IMG/VR virus record: IMGVR_UViG_3300043787_000193
Location: 7,230-71,229 of that record
Origin: a virus
DNA length: 64,000 bases
Reading direction: 5' to 3' (one strand)
The position numbers were made by a program, and so were the translations under genes. Every line of letters starts with the position of its first letter. The stretch's first letter is position 1. Below are positions 27,991-38,448 of this stretch, piece by piece. A model generated the notes under the pieces. It made no database searches. It was not told where the DNA came from and worked only from the letters and a program-made list of their open reading frames with translations.

Positions 27991-29391
27991 TTACTTTCCT
28001 CCTGAATTGGGTACGAGCATCCATTGCCCGGTTGATTTGTAGTAGCCGATCTTGCCTTGTCCGGCGGTGCGCAGAGGCTTCTCGCCGGCTGGACCTGTCT
28101 TGGTGGGGGCTTCGTCGGAAGTGGCCGCTGGTTTCGGTTTCGCTGCCGGAGTTGCCGCGGGCGTTGTGCTTGCCGGTTGTGCGGCCTGTGAGCCTTTTTG
28201 CCACGAGGCTACGTCTTGATGCGGGATATTGCCACCGAGTTCTGTGCCCTTCACTTCGTAAGCGTTCTCGGCGCGTTGCAGGTCGTTAGTGTGTTCGTCT
28301 TCAATGGCCGCGAGCGCCTGTTTGTATTCTTCGGTTCCGGGCTGCTTGTCGATGTCGAGTTGTTTGCGTGCTTTGCGATACTTATCTTCGGCTGCGGTGA
28401 TCGCAATCTCTTTGGTTTTTTCCGTCGCCAGGACCTGGTTGGTGTGATCCTTCGCCTTGTCGCCTTTCGCTTCTTTCCAGTCCTGCACCCGCTCCCGCAG
28501 ATGTTCCAGTTCCTGATGCAGCGCGTAATCGTCTTTGTATTTCGCGGCGAGATCCTGAATGTGTTGCAGGTAGGCCGCGTTTTTTTCCTGACTATTCTTG
28601 TCGCGCTCGCTGTTCCACTGCTCGCGCAGGGCGTTGAGTTCTTCTTTTGCCTCCGCGTTCTTAATGGCGCTGAAGCGTTCCCGATTCTCCGTGGCTTCTC
28701 TGAGCCCGAGTTCGCCTTGATGGTAAGCAGTTGTGGCCGCCGATTCCGCCAAGGGCACTCCCGCCTTGTCCATCTCTAGGCGTTGCGTCCACGGAGCAAG
28801 GGCAGTGGCGCGGGATTGTTCGGCTCCCGCACGTCTCCGGTTCACCACTTCGCTCGCGACCGCTCCGGCGTTCTGCGGGTCTTTGAGTTGCGTGGCCCCC
28901 AAGCCGAATCCCACCAGTCTTTCCCACAGCCGGGGCTTCACCTTCTGGGGGTCGATCCGGTTGGCTTCGTCGGCATGTTGATAGCCTGCGAGGTCCGATT
29001 TGTACTGATTCAGTGCGGGATTTAAGTAGGAGCCGAGGTCGGGCGTCTTCGGCATCTCCCCCATGCTGGTTGCGGCACCTCTTACATTCGGGTCGTCGGT
29101 GACCGCGGGCAACTTCATCGTTGGGGTCGCGGCGGAAGCTCCCTGCGCCGACTGCGCGATGGGAGAAGGCTGCGCCATGGCGGTCGGCGCCATTCCCGGC
29201 GTCATAGCCGCAGAGCCAGTCGGCGGACGTGGAGGTCCAAACGGAGTAGCCACAGGCGGGCGTGGAGGTCCGAACGGCGCGGCATCCGGCGGCGCTACAG
29301 GTGCTCCCGGCGCGGCTCCATTCGGCGCGTACTGCCGCTTCAGCGCCGCGACCAGTTGGTCGGGCATGGGTGGAACAATGAAAGAAGGCAT
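27991..29391 (-). CDS. Putative internal virion/ejection protein
   Basis: Pro-rich N-terminus, coiled-coil, short hydrophobic segment; lies between the pilot and giant proteins. Confidence 0.6.
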   Translation of the reverse strand: MPSFIVPPMPDQLVAALKRQYAPNGAAPGAPVAPPDAAPFGPPRPPVATPFGPPRPPTGSAAMTPGMAPTAMAQPSPIAQSAQGASAATPTMKLPAVTDDPNVRGAATSMGEMPKTPDLGSYLNPALNQYKSDLAGYQHADEANRIDPQKVKPRLWERLVGFGLGATQLKDPQNAGAVASEVVNRRRAGAEQSRATALAPWTQRLEMDKAGVPLAESAATTAYHQGELGLREATENRERFSAIKNAEAKEELNALREQWNSERDKNSQEKNAAYLQHIQDLAAKYKDDYALHQELEHLRERVQDWKEAKGDKAKDHTNQVLATEKTKEIAITAAEDKYRKARKQLDIDKQPGTEEYKQALAAIEDEHTNDLQRAENAYEVKGTELGGNIPHQDVASWQKGSQAAQPASTTPAATPAAKPKPAATSDEAPTKTGPAGEKPLRTAGQGKIGYYKSTGQWMLVPNSGGK

Positions 29392-29400
29392 GAGAGAGAG

Positions 29401-30006
29401 TTAGCTCTCTTCGTCGTCGTTGCCGCCGCTGTTGGCGTACTTCAGTGCCGCCGCTCCTGCTCCGCCTGCGGCACTGAGAGCGCTCATCCACGGCCCGTAG
29501 CTGGCGATTCCGAATTGCGTCAGGTTTCTCAGCGCATCGTTTTGCCCGCCGGTCGCGGTGCCGTAGAGTCCGCCCTGCACTTTGGCTGCTTCGATGGGTT
29601 GCTGCGCCAGATTCAACTGGTAACCGATGTTCTTGGTCCAGTCCCCGGCGGTTTGCTCTGCGCCCAACTGATCTCCGAGGCGGGCTCTGTCGAGCGCGAG
29701 TTTCCCGATCGCGCCTGTCGTCGCCGTGCCATTCATCCCGCCGGTGCGGGCATTCAAGGCCCGGATTTGCTCGGTGCCTGCGTTGGTATTCTGGTCAAGC
29801 GAACTGGAGCGTAAACGATTGACTGCTGCGAGATACTGCGGGTTGAGGTAGGGATCGGCTCCAACATTCTTCCCGGCGCGGAGATTCGTCTGGTCCTGCT
29901 TGGCTTGCGTGAGATCCTGCTGCGCGTTATCGAACGAGGTTTGACTCTGGCCGCCGTAGGTGGTGTTCGCTTGATTCGACTGCGCTTGTCCGGGACGTGA
30001 CGGCAT
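29401..30006 (-). CDS. Putative DNA pilot/ejection protein
   Basis: Q/N/G/A-rich with C-terminal Gly/Ala hydrophobic stretch; start MPSRPGQ. Confidence 0.6.
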   Translation of the reverse strand: MPSRPGQAQSNQANTTYGGQSQTSFDNAQQDLTQAKQDQTNLRAGKNVGADPYLNPQYLAAVNRLRSSSLDQNTNAGTEQIRALNARTGGMNGTATTGAIGKLALDRARLGDQLGAEQTAGDWTKNIGYQLNLAQQPIEAAKVQGGLYGTATGGQNDALRNLTQFGIASYGPWMSALSAAGGAGAAALKYANSGGNDDEES

Positions 30007-30008
30007 AG

Positions 30009-30470
30009 TTAGCTTTCCTTCTTCTCTGGCTGGCGCAGATCGAGAACCATGTGCCGCAGACCATTCAGTGGTTTGAAGTGGCGCACTTCGTTGCCGATGG
30101 GATAGCTCACGGACTCCAGCGCGGCGGAAATGGTTTCGGTGTCGCGGTCGATCCACTCCGGCACGAAACACTTGGTAAAGCGGAAGCCGTTCTCCCGCAG
30201 CACGTCGCACACGATCGGAGCGCGACGGATGGCCGCCTCCGTGAATCGTGGGTCACGCGAGAACATGCAGTACTCGGGAATCGCTTCGAGGGTATGCACG
30301 CCGATGATTGAGCCTGCGATCTCGCCCACTTCCGCGATCAGCACTGGATGTTTCGTGAGGTCGCCTAAGTCCATCGGTTGGCCGAGAAGCTTGTCCTGTT
30401 CGAGCTTCAGCGCGAGGACCGCGTGTTCGTCCGCCGGGGTGTAGCGTCGCCAGTGAATCTCTGCGCTCAT
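30009..30470 (-). CDS. GNAT-like protein (T7 gp13-like position)
   Basis: WRRYTPAD...VLIAEVGEIAGSIIG; sits between the nozzle and ejection genes. Confidence 0.5.
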   Translation of the reverse strand: MSAEIHWRRYTPADEHAVLALKLEQDKLLGQPMDLGDLTKHPVLIAEVGEIAGSIIGVHTLEAIPEYCMFSRDPRFTEAAIRRAPIVCDVLRENGFRFTKCFVPEWIDRDTETISAALESVSYPIGNEVRHFKPLNGLRHMVLDLRQPEKKES

Positions 30471-30550
30471 GCTAGAGTTTGCTTATGTCGATTGCTGCTG
30501 CCGACCGCTCATGCTAGAGTTTGCTTATGTCGATTGCTGCTGCCGACCGC
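30464..30550. repeat. 42-bp perfect tandem duplication
   Basis: cgctcatgctagagtttgcttatgtcgattgctgctgccgac at 30464 and 30506. Confidence 0.95.
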
Positions 30551-30892
30551 ATTTGCCGCCTTCTTACGGACATCAGTTACAAGCAGGACTGGCGCTTCAA
30601 AGTGGTACCCATCTACAACTCCGAGGGACATCCCTGCGATCGCGTCGCGGTTCACATTTGCTATCGGCAGAGAAGCGTCGAGGAGCCAGAAACGTTCGCA
30701 GAGTTCTCTCGTTTCCCTTCGCTCCCGACTGATTATTTCGACCACATGACCGACGATCAAATCGTCGACTGGTTATTCCGCATCACCGAGGAAACCGAGA
30801 TGCACGAAGTTAGGGAGTGGTTCAAGTATCGAGGCTGCCACGTTCGCGATCCCCATCCCGAACTTCACGAAACGAACGGCCCCAAAATCTGA
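30527..30892 (+). CDS. Accessory phage protein (HE..EWF...G....DPH motif)
   Basis: TGcTAGAGT-6 nt-ATG; opposite strand to the structural operon. Confidence 0.7.
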   Translation: MSIAAADRICRLLTDISYKQDWRFKVVPIYNSEGHPCDRVAVHICYRQRSVEEPETFAEFSRFPSLPTDYFDHMTDDQIVDWLFRITEETEMHEVREWFKYRGCHVRDPHPELHETNGPKI

Positions 30893-31353
30893 CTCTGATT
30901 AAAGTTGATCCCATCAAACGACGAACTGGCCCGCACCCACTTCCTCTGCCCCGTCCCGTACTTCGACACTTCGTAGTAAGTCTGCTGGCCGATGGGCAAC
31001 GTGTCCGAGGTCGCAAAGTCTGAGGTCGAAGAAAACTCCAGCTTGTGTTGAATCGGAGTGCGCGGCAGATTGCCCTTACCCGTAAATTCCGGATTCGTGA
31101 TCTGGATGATGAACGTTCCCGGCTGCGTGCTCACGCCGAAACTGGCGGCGGGCGGCGGCGAACTCACTGGGGAAGAATGCTTCAGGCTGATCGATCCGGT
31201 TCCGGCGCGGTTCTCTAAATCCGAGACTCTTGCCGCCGTCGTAGCGAGAAAGCGATACAACTCATTCTTGTTGTGCGCCGCCGATCGCGCATTCAGCGCG
31301 GGCCGGGTAAAGGTTGTCCGCTGACGGCTGGTGAAGTAAGGGGTGGCGCTCAT
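30865..31353 (-). CDS. Putative tail protein
   Basis: Follows the nozzle gene; beta-rich C-terminal domain. Confidence 0.55.
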   Translation of the reverse strand: MSATPYFTSRQRTTFTRPALNARSAAHNKNELYRFLATTAARVSDLENRAGTGSISLKHSSPVSSPPPAASFGVSTQPGTFIIQITNPEFTGKGNLPRTPIQHKLEFSSTSDFATSDTLPIGQQTYYEVSKYGTGQRKWVRASSSFDGINFNQSQILGPFVS

Positions 31354-31354
31354 T

Positions 31355-34300
31355 TTAGTCTTCGTCCGTCCCCGAATCTCTCACCTTGCCGTAGCGCACG
31401 CTGCGATGCAGTTCCATGGCTCCGCCGGGAATCGGCACGCCTGAGTTTGCATCCTGATTGCTGTAGAGCACTCCGAATAGCTGGTTCACTTCTTGGGAGA
31501 AACTGACATTGCGCGAATCCGGCAAGCCGTCTGAGACGTCGACCGTCGACGGTTCGAGTTCCGCATTCGGGTCTTCCGTCACCGGCTGCAATGTCACTGG
31601 CGTGAGCGCTCCGAGGCCGAGAATTCTGGTCTTCATCTTGTCCCACACCAGATTTTCGAGCGTCGGCGATTGCGCGAAAGAGGGTTGATACCCCCAGTCG
31701 ATCGCCGCCCCGTTATCGGTGAACTGGTTGGGCACGCTCATGTCCACGTAGCCGGTTGCACCCTCTCGCTGCTGGATTCCCGAGAGGCAAAACACCAGTT
31801 GCCGATGCACAATCAGCGGGCTCGGAGGATTCGCGAGCGTGCGTTGCAACACTTTGATGAAACGGAAACTTCCGCCATTGGCCGCGCCGTCGTTGTCACT
31901 CCATCTTCGTCCGTGCGGGTTCGGCATCAACTCGCCCGACATGGTGAGCATCAGCGGTTCTTCCCAGCCATTGAAGTAGTTGCACACAATGTCGTGATTC
32001 GGCACCGTTGCTCCGTCGAGTGGCAGCGCGATGTGCACTTCCTTGCGGATGTTGTCGACGCAAACGCAAACTTGTGAAGAGGCTGATTTGTTGAGCCGGT
32101 CCCAAGTGCCCTGCAGTTCCTGCCCCACTTGCACGGCTCTCCCGTTTTCGTAGCGGTAGAGTCCGGAATCTTCGTCGAAGTAAACAATGAAGTCGTCGGC
32201 GGTGTCCCAGGCCCGCACGCCGCAAGGCCCGTGCCCAAACCATCTACGGGAAACTCCCCACTGGCTCGGCGTACTTGAACCCGGCGTCACTTCGTAGCCG
32301 CTTTTCTCCTTAAGCGAGATGATTTCGCCGGAGATGGTTTCGACCAGGCCGCGCGTGCGTTGCCCGTTCGATTCCGCGATGCCGAGAATCCCTCCGGGGC
32401 TTGCGATGTTCGCCGGGTCGCCGGGATTGGAGAAGTAGTGTGACGAGTCTTGCCCCGTGGTGTAGACCATCACGTTTAGCTGCTCGGCGAAAACCAGGTT
32501 CGCGCAACTCGGTACAGGGATGGTCGAAAGCTGCGCCGTCACATCGTCCCCGTTCGCTAGATCGTTGTCGTCGGCGTCGAGAATGATTCCCGGAAGTCCA
32601 ACCAGGTAGCCTCCGGTCGTTGTTGCCGGCGTATCGTCACTGGATTGCCATGTTGCCGTTCCTGCAAGCGGCGTGGGCGAACCCGGTAGTTGATTCTGGC
32701 TCACCGAGAGCACCACAAACTGTCCATCGAAAGAACTGTCGGTCACTCCCGTGACTTGAATACGCTGGCCGGGGTTGAGGTTGTTCACGTCTGCGATCTG
32801 CGCCGAGACGATGCCCGTGGCCAAACGACTGAGGCTGTAGATTTGCACGGGGTTGTTCTGCCCCATGGCGTCGGTGGGTTGTGTGGGGACCAGCGCTATC
32901 GTCCCGCCGGCATAGCCCGTGCCCGGTCCAACTCCGGCCCACTCGACAATGTTGCCGGCAACTTCCGCGAGCACAAACACCCCGTCAAACCAGCCGTTTG
33001 GGGTGCCTGTGACTTGGATGGTGTCTCCCGCCTGCAAGCCGCTGGTGTTTGAGAGCAGCGCGGTGACCGCACCGTTGACTGCGCCGATCGATTGAATGGT
33101 GGCCGAGAAGGGCGTCACTGGGTCTTGCGCCGGCAGAAAAGTAAATGGCCCCGCCTGCACTGCCCCTTGTACGCTCCATGCCGCGATATCTTCGGCAATA
33201 AAGGGGCCGCCCGGCGGGAGAATCGCAACTGGAGTAGGTTGCTGCACCCCGCCGGTGGTTTGCGTGATTTCGCCGCCGGTGGAGGAACTGTTCGGCCCGA
33301 TCTGCGACCATTGCAATTGCGAGGAGCCTGGGTTCACGCTGGTGATGATGAACGTCCCGTCATAGGTCGGGTCGGTGACATCGTTCACCTGAATCTCTGC
33401 GCCCTGGATGAAGTTCGCGACTGTATCGAGCGTGGCTGTGACCACATTGCTCGCGCGGCTGATGGCGGTGACGTTGCCGAGGCCCTGTTGCGGGCCTCCG
33501 CCTGAAATCAGTGTCATCGTGCCCGTGGCCGGACTGTATTTCAGATTCCCACCCGCCTGCTGCCACCACACGGAGTAGCCGCCTCCCAGTCCGTCGTGAC
33601 TGCCGGGATTCTGGCTGACTTTCACGATGGTGAAGGTTCCATCAAGACTGGAATTCGGGGCGCCTGCGATCGTGATCTGCGCCCCTACCACGAAGCCCGG
33701 CGGAGGGTTGGTCGGCGTGCCTGCCGGGTTGTAGACAATGGCGATGACGGTTCCGGGCGAGGCCGGGTATTCGTTGCGCGCGATGAAGCCGATGTTCTGC
33801 GGCTGGTTGGTGCCGACTCCTGCGCCCACCGGAGAAATTGTTCCCCCCGTGGAGCTGTCGTTGGCGGCCGTCTGCGCCCACTGCACCGTGCCGCCGCCCC
33901 CGAGATTCGGGTTGATGGCGGTGATGGTGAAGGTTCCATCCCAGGTCGTCGATGTCGGCACAACGCCGGCCACGGTAATTTCTATACCGACGGCGAGGCC
34001 AGAGAGGGAATTCACCACCGCACTCACCACATCGCTTGCGCGAGCAATGGTCGCGATCAAATCTTGCGGGGTAACGAAAGCCGAAGCCGCGCTCGCGCTG
34101 GTCGCCGTGCCGCCTGTCGAAGCGGCTGCCGGTGGTTGCGTGCTCTCGGTCTGGGTCCAGATCAGCGTGGCGCCGCCGTATTGGTTCGGACCTACTCCAG
34201 TGAGCGTGAAAGTTCCATCGAAGGAACTGTCGGTCACGCCGGCAATGACCACTTGCGCGCCTTGCGCAAAGCCGGCGAGATTGTCCACGGTGCAGGTCAC

Positions 34301-35971
34301 GACTCCCGCGGCTGTCCGCTGGATGAATGTGATGTTCGCCGTGCCTGCGGCTGCGATCGACGAAAGGAAATTACAAAGCAAGGGGCTGCCGGGATCGATC
34401 GGGACCTGACTTTCGTTCAGGTCGATGCGCGCGACAGCCAGATAGCGCGGGCCGCTTGCGCCGATGAAAGGCAAACTGGAAATCGCGGCCGTCGGAATGG
34501 CGCGCGGGGCAAACGTGGTTCCGGTTGACGGGATCGACGAGATGATCGCCGGCTCATAGACCGGGGCGCCGCTCAGGTACTGGTAGAAACTCAGCGGCGC
34601 CGTCGCTCCGGTCGCAACCGCCGCCACATACACATTCAAAGACTTCAGGTTCGGCCAGGATAGAACCGGGTCCGTCAACCCCAGCACCGAGATCAACCAC
34701 TGCGGCATGCGCGGCCCGCCATAACCTGCGGCGTTATAAGCTGCCGCGGTTGTGGGGCCGGGAACTTCGTTCTGCTGCTGGAAAAATACTTCCAGGCAGT
34801 CGCTCGCCGCCGTGTTCGTAAAAACAATGGGTGCGGTCCACTGCGATTCTCCCGCCGCATTCTGATAGGCGAAGCAGACGTAAACATCCTGCCCGGAAGA
34901 AATGGATCCCGAGGGCGCTCCCGCCTGGCCTTTGATGCTGAGGATTTGTTCGGGAGCTTCCGGCTGGGGAACGAATTGCGCTGCGCCCGGAGTCCACTCA
35001 GTCCATACGCTTGTGCCGTTCGGGTCCGTGACTTGTGCAGGGTTCGAGACCACGCCGCTGCCACTGGCCTGTGTGACTGTGCCGCCGGTCCCGGTCTGGT
35101 TCACGCCACCACTGACGGTGTAGGAGATGGTATTGCTGCCGATCGCGGTGATGGTGAAGTTGCCGTTGAAAAAAGGGTTGCTGTTGCCCGCTACCGTGAT
35201 CGCGCTTCCGACCGTAAACCCAGAAGTGGATGCCACGGTGAGGATGGCGGTGTTGTGGCCGAGAAAGCCTGCCTGCTCCCGTGCGGCGAGTATCGAGGTC
35301 TCCGCCGAGGCGGATGCACTCAAGTATCCGTCGAGCACCGGCCACGTCGGTTCCACATTCCCCTGCGTTCCCGGCACGATGCAGCGGAACCAGCGCGACG
35401 GATTCTGCGAGGTCCGAACCACATCCCCCACCAAGGCGTAGCGTCCCGGCGTCCAGATCGCCCCGATAGGATTCTGCGAGATCGGGCTGACTACTCCGGT
35501 CGGCCCGTCGAGCACCATCGGCGGAGAAAAGGCGCTCATCAGGTTCGAGAACGCCATATGGATGCGGTTGTAGGCCTTCGCCGTCTGCATGGAGATTCCC
35601 GGCACAGGCAGGACCGGCAAGGGGATGGGCAGAGGAAGCGGCACCATGGCCCCGCTCCCGGCTGGGCTTTCCTGCAGAAGCGTTCCCTGGCTCGTGAGCG
35701 CCGCCACCACCTGCTGCGGATTGTTGACCAGCACATCGAGCGCATCGACGCCGGTCATGTCGAAGGGCGGCAGATTCGGGATGAGTGGATCCACCCCGAT
35801 GGCATAGCTCATGGTGTGCAGGTAGCCATCGCGCGTCCGCGGGGAACGCTTGCGGAAGCGCATGTTCCGGCACACCACAGCGAGCCCGAGCGGAATTTGC
35901 GTGGCATCGTCGTAATTGGCGAGGCCGCCAAGTTCCTTGTCGGGAAATGGAGTGTAGCCGGAAAAATCCAT
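31355..35971 (-). CDS. Tail nozzle/stabiliser (P22 gp10/T7 gp12-like) with 7 repeated beta modules
   Basis: N-terminal GGL..YDD....P......CRNMRF; C-terminal propeller (FSNPGDP, LKEKS, GPCG); repeated G..I.V.G....FDG.F.I. Confidence 0.7.
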   Translation of the reverse strand: MDFSGYTPFPDKELGGLANYDDATQIPLGLAVVCRNMRFRKRSPRTRDGYLHTMSYAIGVDPLIPNLPPFDMTGVDALDVLVNNPQQVVAALTSQGTLLQESPAGSGAMVPLPLPIPLPVLPVPGISMQTAKAYNRIHMAFSNLMSAFSPPMVLDGPTGVVSPISQNPIGAIWTPGRYALVGDVVRTSQNPSRWFRCIVPGTQGNVEPTWPVLDGYLSASASAETSILAAREQAGFLGHNTAILTVASTSGFTVGSAITVAGNSNPFFNGNFTITAIGSNTISYTVSGGVNQTGTGGTVTQASGSGVVSNPAQVTDPNGTSVWTEWTPGAAQFVPQPEAPEQILSIKGQAGAPSGSISSGQDVYVCFAYQNAAGESQWTAPIVFTNTAASDCLEVFFQQQNEVPGPTTAAAYNAAGYGGPRMPQWLISVLGLTDPVLSWPNLKSLNVYVAAVATGATAPLSFYQYLSGAPVYEPAIISSIPSTGTTFAPRAIPTAAISSLPFIGASGPRYLAVARIDLNESQVPIDPGSPLLCNFLSSIAAAGTANITFIQRTAAGVVTCTVDNLAGFAQGAQVVIAGVTDSSFDGTFTLTGVGPNQYGGATLIWTQTESTQPPAAASTGGTATSASAASAFVTPQDLIATIARASDVVSAVVNSLSGLAVGIEITVAGVVPTSTTWDGTFTITAINPNLGGGGTVQWAQTAANDSSTGGTISPVGAGVGTNQPQNIGFIARNEYPASPGTVIAIVYNPAGTPTNPPPGFVVGAQITIAGAPNSSLDGTFTIVKVSQNPGSHDGLGGGYSVWWQQAGGNLKYSPATGTMTLISGGGPQQGLGNVTAISRASNVVTATLDTVANFIQGAEIQVNDVTDPTYDGTFIITSVNPGSSQLQWSQIGPNSSSTGGEITQTTGGVQQPTPVAILPPGGPFIAEDIAAWSVQGAVQAGPFTFLPAQDPVTPFSATIQSIGAVNGAVTALLSNTSGLQAGDTIQVTGTPNGWFDGVFVLAEVAGNIVEWAGVGPGTGYAGGTIALVPTQPTDAMGQNNPVQIYSLSRLATGIVSAQIADVNNLNPGQRIQVTGVTDSSFDGQFVVLSVSQNQLPGSPTPLAGTATWQSSDDTPATTTGGYLVGLPGIILDADDNDLANGDDVTAQLSTIPVPSCANLVFAEQLNVMVYTTGQDSSHYFSNPGDPANIASPGGILGIAESNGQRTRGLVETISGEIISLKEKSGYEVTPGSSTPSQWGVSRRWFGHGPCGVRAWDTADDFIVYFDEDSGLYRYENGRAVQVGQELQGTWDRLNKSASSQVCVCVDNIRKEVHIALPLDGATVPNHDIVCNYFNGWEEPLMLTMSGELMPNPHGRRWSDNDGAANGGSFRFIKVLQRTLANPPSPLIVHRQLVFCLSGIQQREGATGYVDMSVPNQFTDNGAAIDWGYQPSFAQSPTLENLVWDKMKTRILGLGALTPVTLQPVTEDPNAELEPSTVDVSDGLPDSRNVSFSQEVNQLFGVLYSNQDANSGVPIPGGAMELHRSVRYGKVRDSGTDED

Positions 35972-36051
35972 GGGTTAAGGAAGAAGCCGCTCAGGAAAAC
36001 GGCACGGTCACGGAAAGCACCGAACCGTCAGGGAAGGGAAGCGGGCCGCGC

Positions 36052-36486
36052 TCAGTCGTACTTCTGCGGCACGTCGACTTCGATGGTGAGGCCCTTGAAC
36101 CCGGCGGCGGTCAGAGCGGCCGCAACGCTGGCGTAGGTTCCGCTAGAGAGTTCCGTGCCGTCGCTCGCGAAAATGCGCAAGGCGTAGTTCGCGTTCGTCG
36201 GCGAGGCTGCGTTCTGCTCGACCTGGAAGGTGAATCCAGAGTAGGGCAGCACGCGGAAGGCGCTGTTCGGCGGCAGGGATGTCGTCGAACCATTCAGGGT
36301 GCTGGGAATCTTCGCCCGGTCCGCGTAAGCCGGATTCAAGGCGGTGGAGAAGTTGAGGGTTTCGCCCGGCGTGCCGATCGCGCCGCCGTTCAGATAGCTG
36401 CCGGAAAGCGCGCACTGGAAAACTTTCGTGATGAAATTGTCTCCCGCGGCTTTTCTTTTTCGGAGGTAAGTTAAGACGTTTGCCAT
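36052..36486 (-). CDS. Putative structural (head decoration-like) protein
   Basis: AAGGAG RBS; SGSYLNGG...GETL motif. Confidence 0.55.
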   Translation of the reverse strand: MANVLTYLRKRKAAGDNFITKVFQCALSGSYLNGGAIGTPGETLNFSTALNPAYADRAKIPSTLNGSTTSLPPNSAFRVLPYSGFTFQVEQNAASPTNANYALRIFASDGTELSSGTYASVAAALTAAGFKGLTIEVDVPQKYD

Positions 36487-36510
36487 GGTGATGTTTCTCC
36501 TTGAAATTCT

Positions 36511-37269
36511 CTATCCCACAATCGGCGGCGTGAACTGCCCGCCAGCGCCCGCCCACTGGGTTCTTCGCCCGCCCAGACGGATGTTCTCGCTCATCTGCGA
36601 CTTCGAGAGCAGACAAACAAAGTCGTCTTCCGCCCGCTGCGCCATCTTCACCAGTTGCTCATGCACCGGGCCGCCTTCTGCCCCCGGCCCGATGGCTGAG
36701 ATCAGTTCGCAGGTCCAATAGACGAAAACATTCAATGCGCCCTTGATGAAGGTTGCAGCGTCGTTGTTCGCCGGGGAGGGAATGAAATCTCCGCGAATAC
36801 GCAGGTCTACGATCTGGTTGCAGGGCGAGAGGTAAATAATCCCTCCGCGGAGCTCGAATGACTCCACAATGTCGGAGTCCGAAGCTACGGGCTGGCCCGC
36901 GGCGGCGGTGTTGGTGTCAAAAACTTTCCCCGACATCGGCACGGGCTGCCAGTCGATATCGGATTGCCCTGAGAGTCTCCACTCAATCGGCGAGCTTCCA
37001 TCGGTTGAATCCGGGGTGACCAGATTCCCTAACGGTTGCCCGTCTGCTTGATACGAAGACAGGTCGGTGGTGTTGGCCGGAACATTGGTCAGCACCACCA
37101 CCTGTGTGTCGTAGTTGAGCCCCAGCGCCTGAAACCGATTGTTGATGTCGGTGTTCACCAGGTCGATGAAGTTGATGATGTAGTCGTAATCGGCGTAGCT
37201 TGACTTCGACCCATACGCCGTCTTCATCAGCGTCTGGCAGCGGAGCGCAACGGTTTTGATCAGGGCCAA
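36511..37269 (-). CDS. Putative head-tail adaptor
   Basis: Position; FELRGGIIYLSP...DLRIRG...FVYW pattern. Confidence 0.55.
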   Translation of the reverse strand: MALIKTVALRCQTLMKTAYGSKSSYADYDYIINFIDLVNTDINNRFQALGLNYDTQVVVLTNVPANTTDLSSYQADGQPLGNLVTPDSTDGSSPIEWRLSGQSDIDWQPVPMSGKVFDTNTAAAGQPVASDSDIVESFELRGGIIYLSPCNQIVDLRIRGDFIPSPANNDAATFIKGALNVFVYWTCELISAIGPGAEGGPVHEQLVKMAQRAEDDFVCLLSKSQMSENIRLGGRRTQWAGAGGQFTPPIVG

Positions 37270-37274
37270 CGGCT

Positions 37275-38360
37275 TTAGTCCTTGTCTTCGTTCTTCTCTT
37301 CTGGTTTTGCGCCGCGCTTCTTTTCCGCCTTCTCATTCTTGGCGGCGTCACGCTTCAGGTCAGTGAGGTGTTCTTTCAGCGGCTTAATGCGCGGGTAAAG
37401 TTCGAGCGTTTGCAACTGCTCTTTCGTCATGCGCCGCGCGGTCATCAGGCCGCCATCCGTGTCTTCGGTGTAAAGCGTGCCGTAGGCGACGAAGGGATCG
37501 ACGATGTACCCGCACTGGCATTTCACGGTCCCGGTCTCGATGCGGCGCGGGCACATCGGGCACTTCGCCGTCTTCGATCCCGAGGCCGAGCCGCCGCGTT
37601 CGAGGAACCACGCGGGCGCATCCGTCAGGACACCCACGTTCAACAGGTAGCTCACGCACTGGTTTTTGCGGTTGCCCCGGTTTTCCCGAATCGCTTCCTT
37701 GTCGGTTGAGCGGAAGGCGTCATTGGCGCGCGAGACCGTATCCTGCATGTGCGCGAGCATGCGCGAAAAGGCTTGCTCGGCGGCCTGCGGCAGGGGCATG
37801 TACTCGTTCCACCCCACCGCCGCGTTGAGTTTCTCGTCCAGCCACTTCCCGTTTGCATCCTGGGGAAGATGTTCGCCTTCGTAAGCGAAGATTCCGCCCT
37901 GGGTTTGCAGCATGTTCTGCTGCCGCACCATGTCGCAGGCGAGCACCATGGGCAGATCCACGGTGGCTTTCAATTCGGCGTAGGAGTCGGTTTTCCCCGT
38001 GCCCCGAAATCTGGTTCCGGCGCTCGCGTAGGGAGTCAGAATCACGTCGTAAGTGATGGGAATCGAGAGGCCGCTCGCAAGCACAATGCGGGGAACGTGC
38101 GCATCCCAGAGATCGCGTTCGACGGGGACTCCGATCAACCGCTTGTTCTGGTGCGCCGCTCCGTCCGGGCTTAACGTCCAGGGGCAGAGGCGGCAGACGA
38201 TGGCGGGCTTGAATCCCCGCTGTTCGGCATCGCGCAGGGCTTCGTTGTAGACTTCGACGCGCTCCCGCTCGGCGGGGGCCATCAAGGGATCGACGGTCAT
38301 GGAACCGCCGGCGAATTTCTCTCTAGCGCCGGTGTAACCGATGGTGGATGGGGCTGGCAT
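37275..38360 (-). CDS. Hypothetical protein with C-terminal Zn ribbon
   Basis: CPMC...KCQCG; AGGAG RBS. Confidence 0.75.
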   Translation of the reverse strand: MPAPSTIGYTGAREKFAGGSMTVDPLMAPAERERVEVYNEALRDAEQRGFKPAIVCRLCPWTLSPDGAAHQNKRLIGVPVERDLWDAHVPRIVLASGLSIPITYDVILTPYASAGTRFRGTGKTDSYAELKATVDLPMVLACDMVRQQNMLQTQGGIFAYEGEHLPQDANGKWLDEKLNAAVGWNEYMPLPQAAEQAFSRMLAHMQDTVSRANDAFRSTDKEAIRENRGNRKNQCVSYLLNVGVLTDAPAWFLERGGSASGSKTAKCPMCPRRIETGTVKCQCGYIVDPFVAYGTLYTEDTDGGLMTARRMTKEQLQTLELYPRIKPLKEHLTDLKRDAAKNEKAEKKRGAKPEEKNEDKD

Positions 38361-38448
38361 GGTGTTTATTTCTCCTGTGGGTGTGCTTGGGCCTGCCGCT
38401 CCGGAAAGTGCTTTGGGGGTCAGGCGGGTGTGGTGCTAAAGTGTTTTT

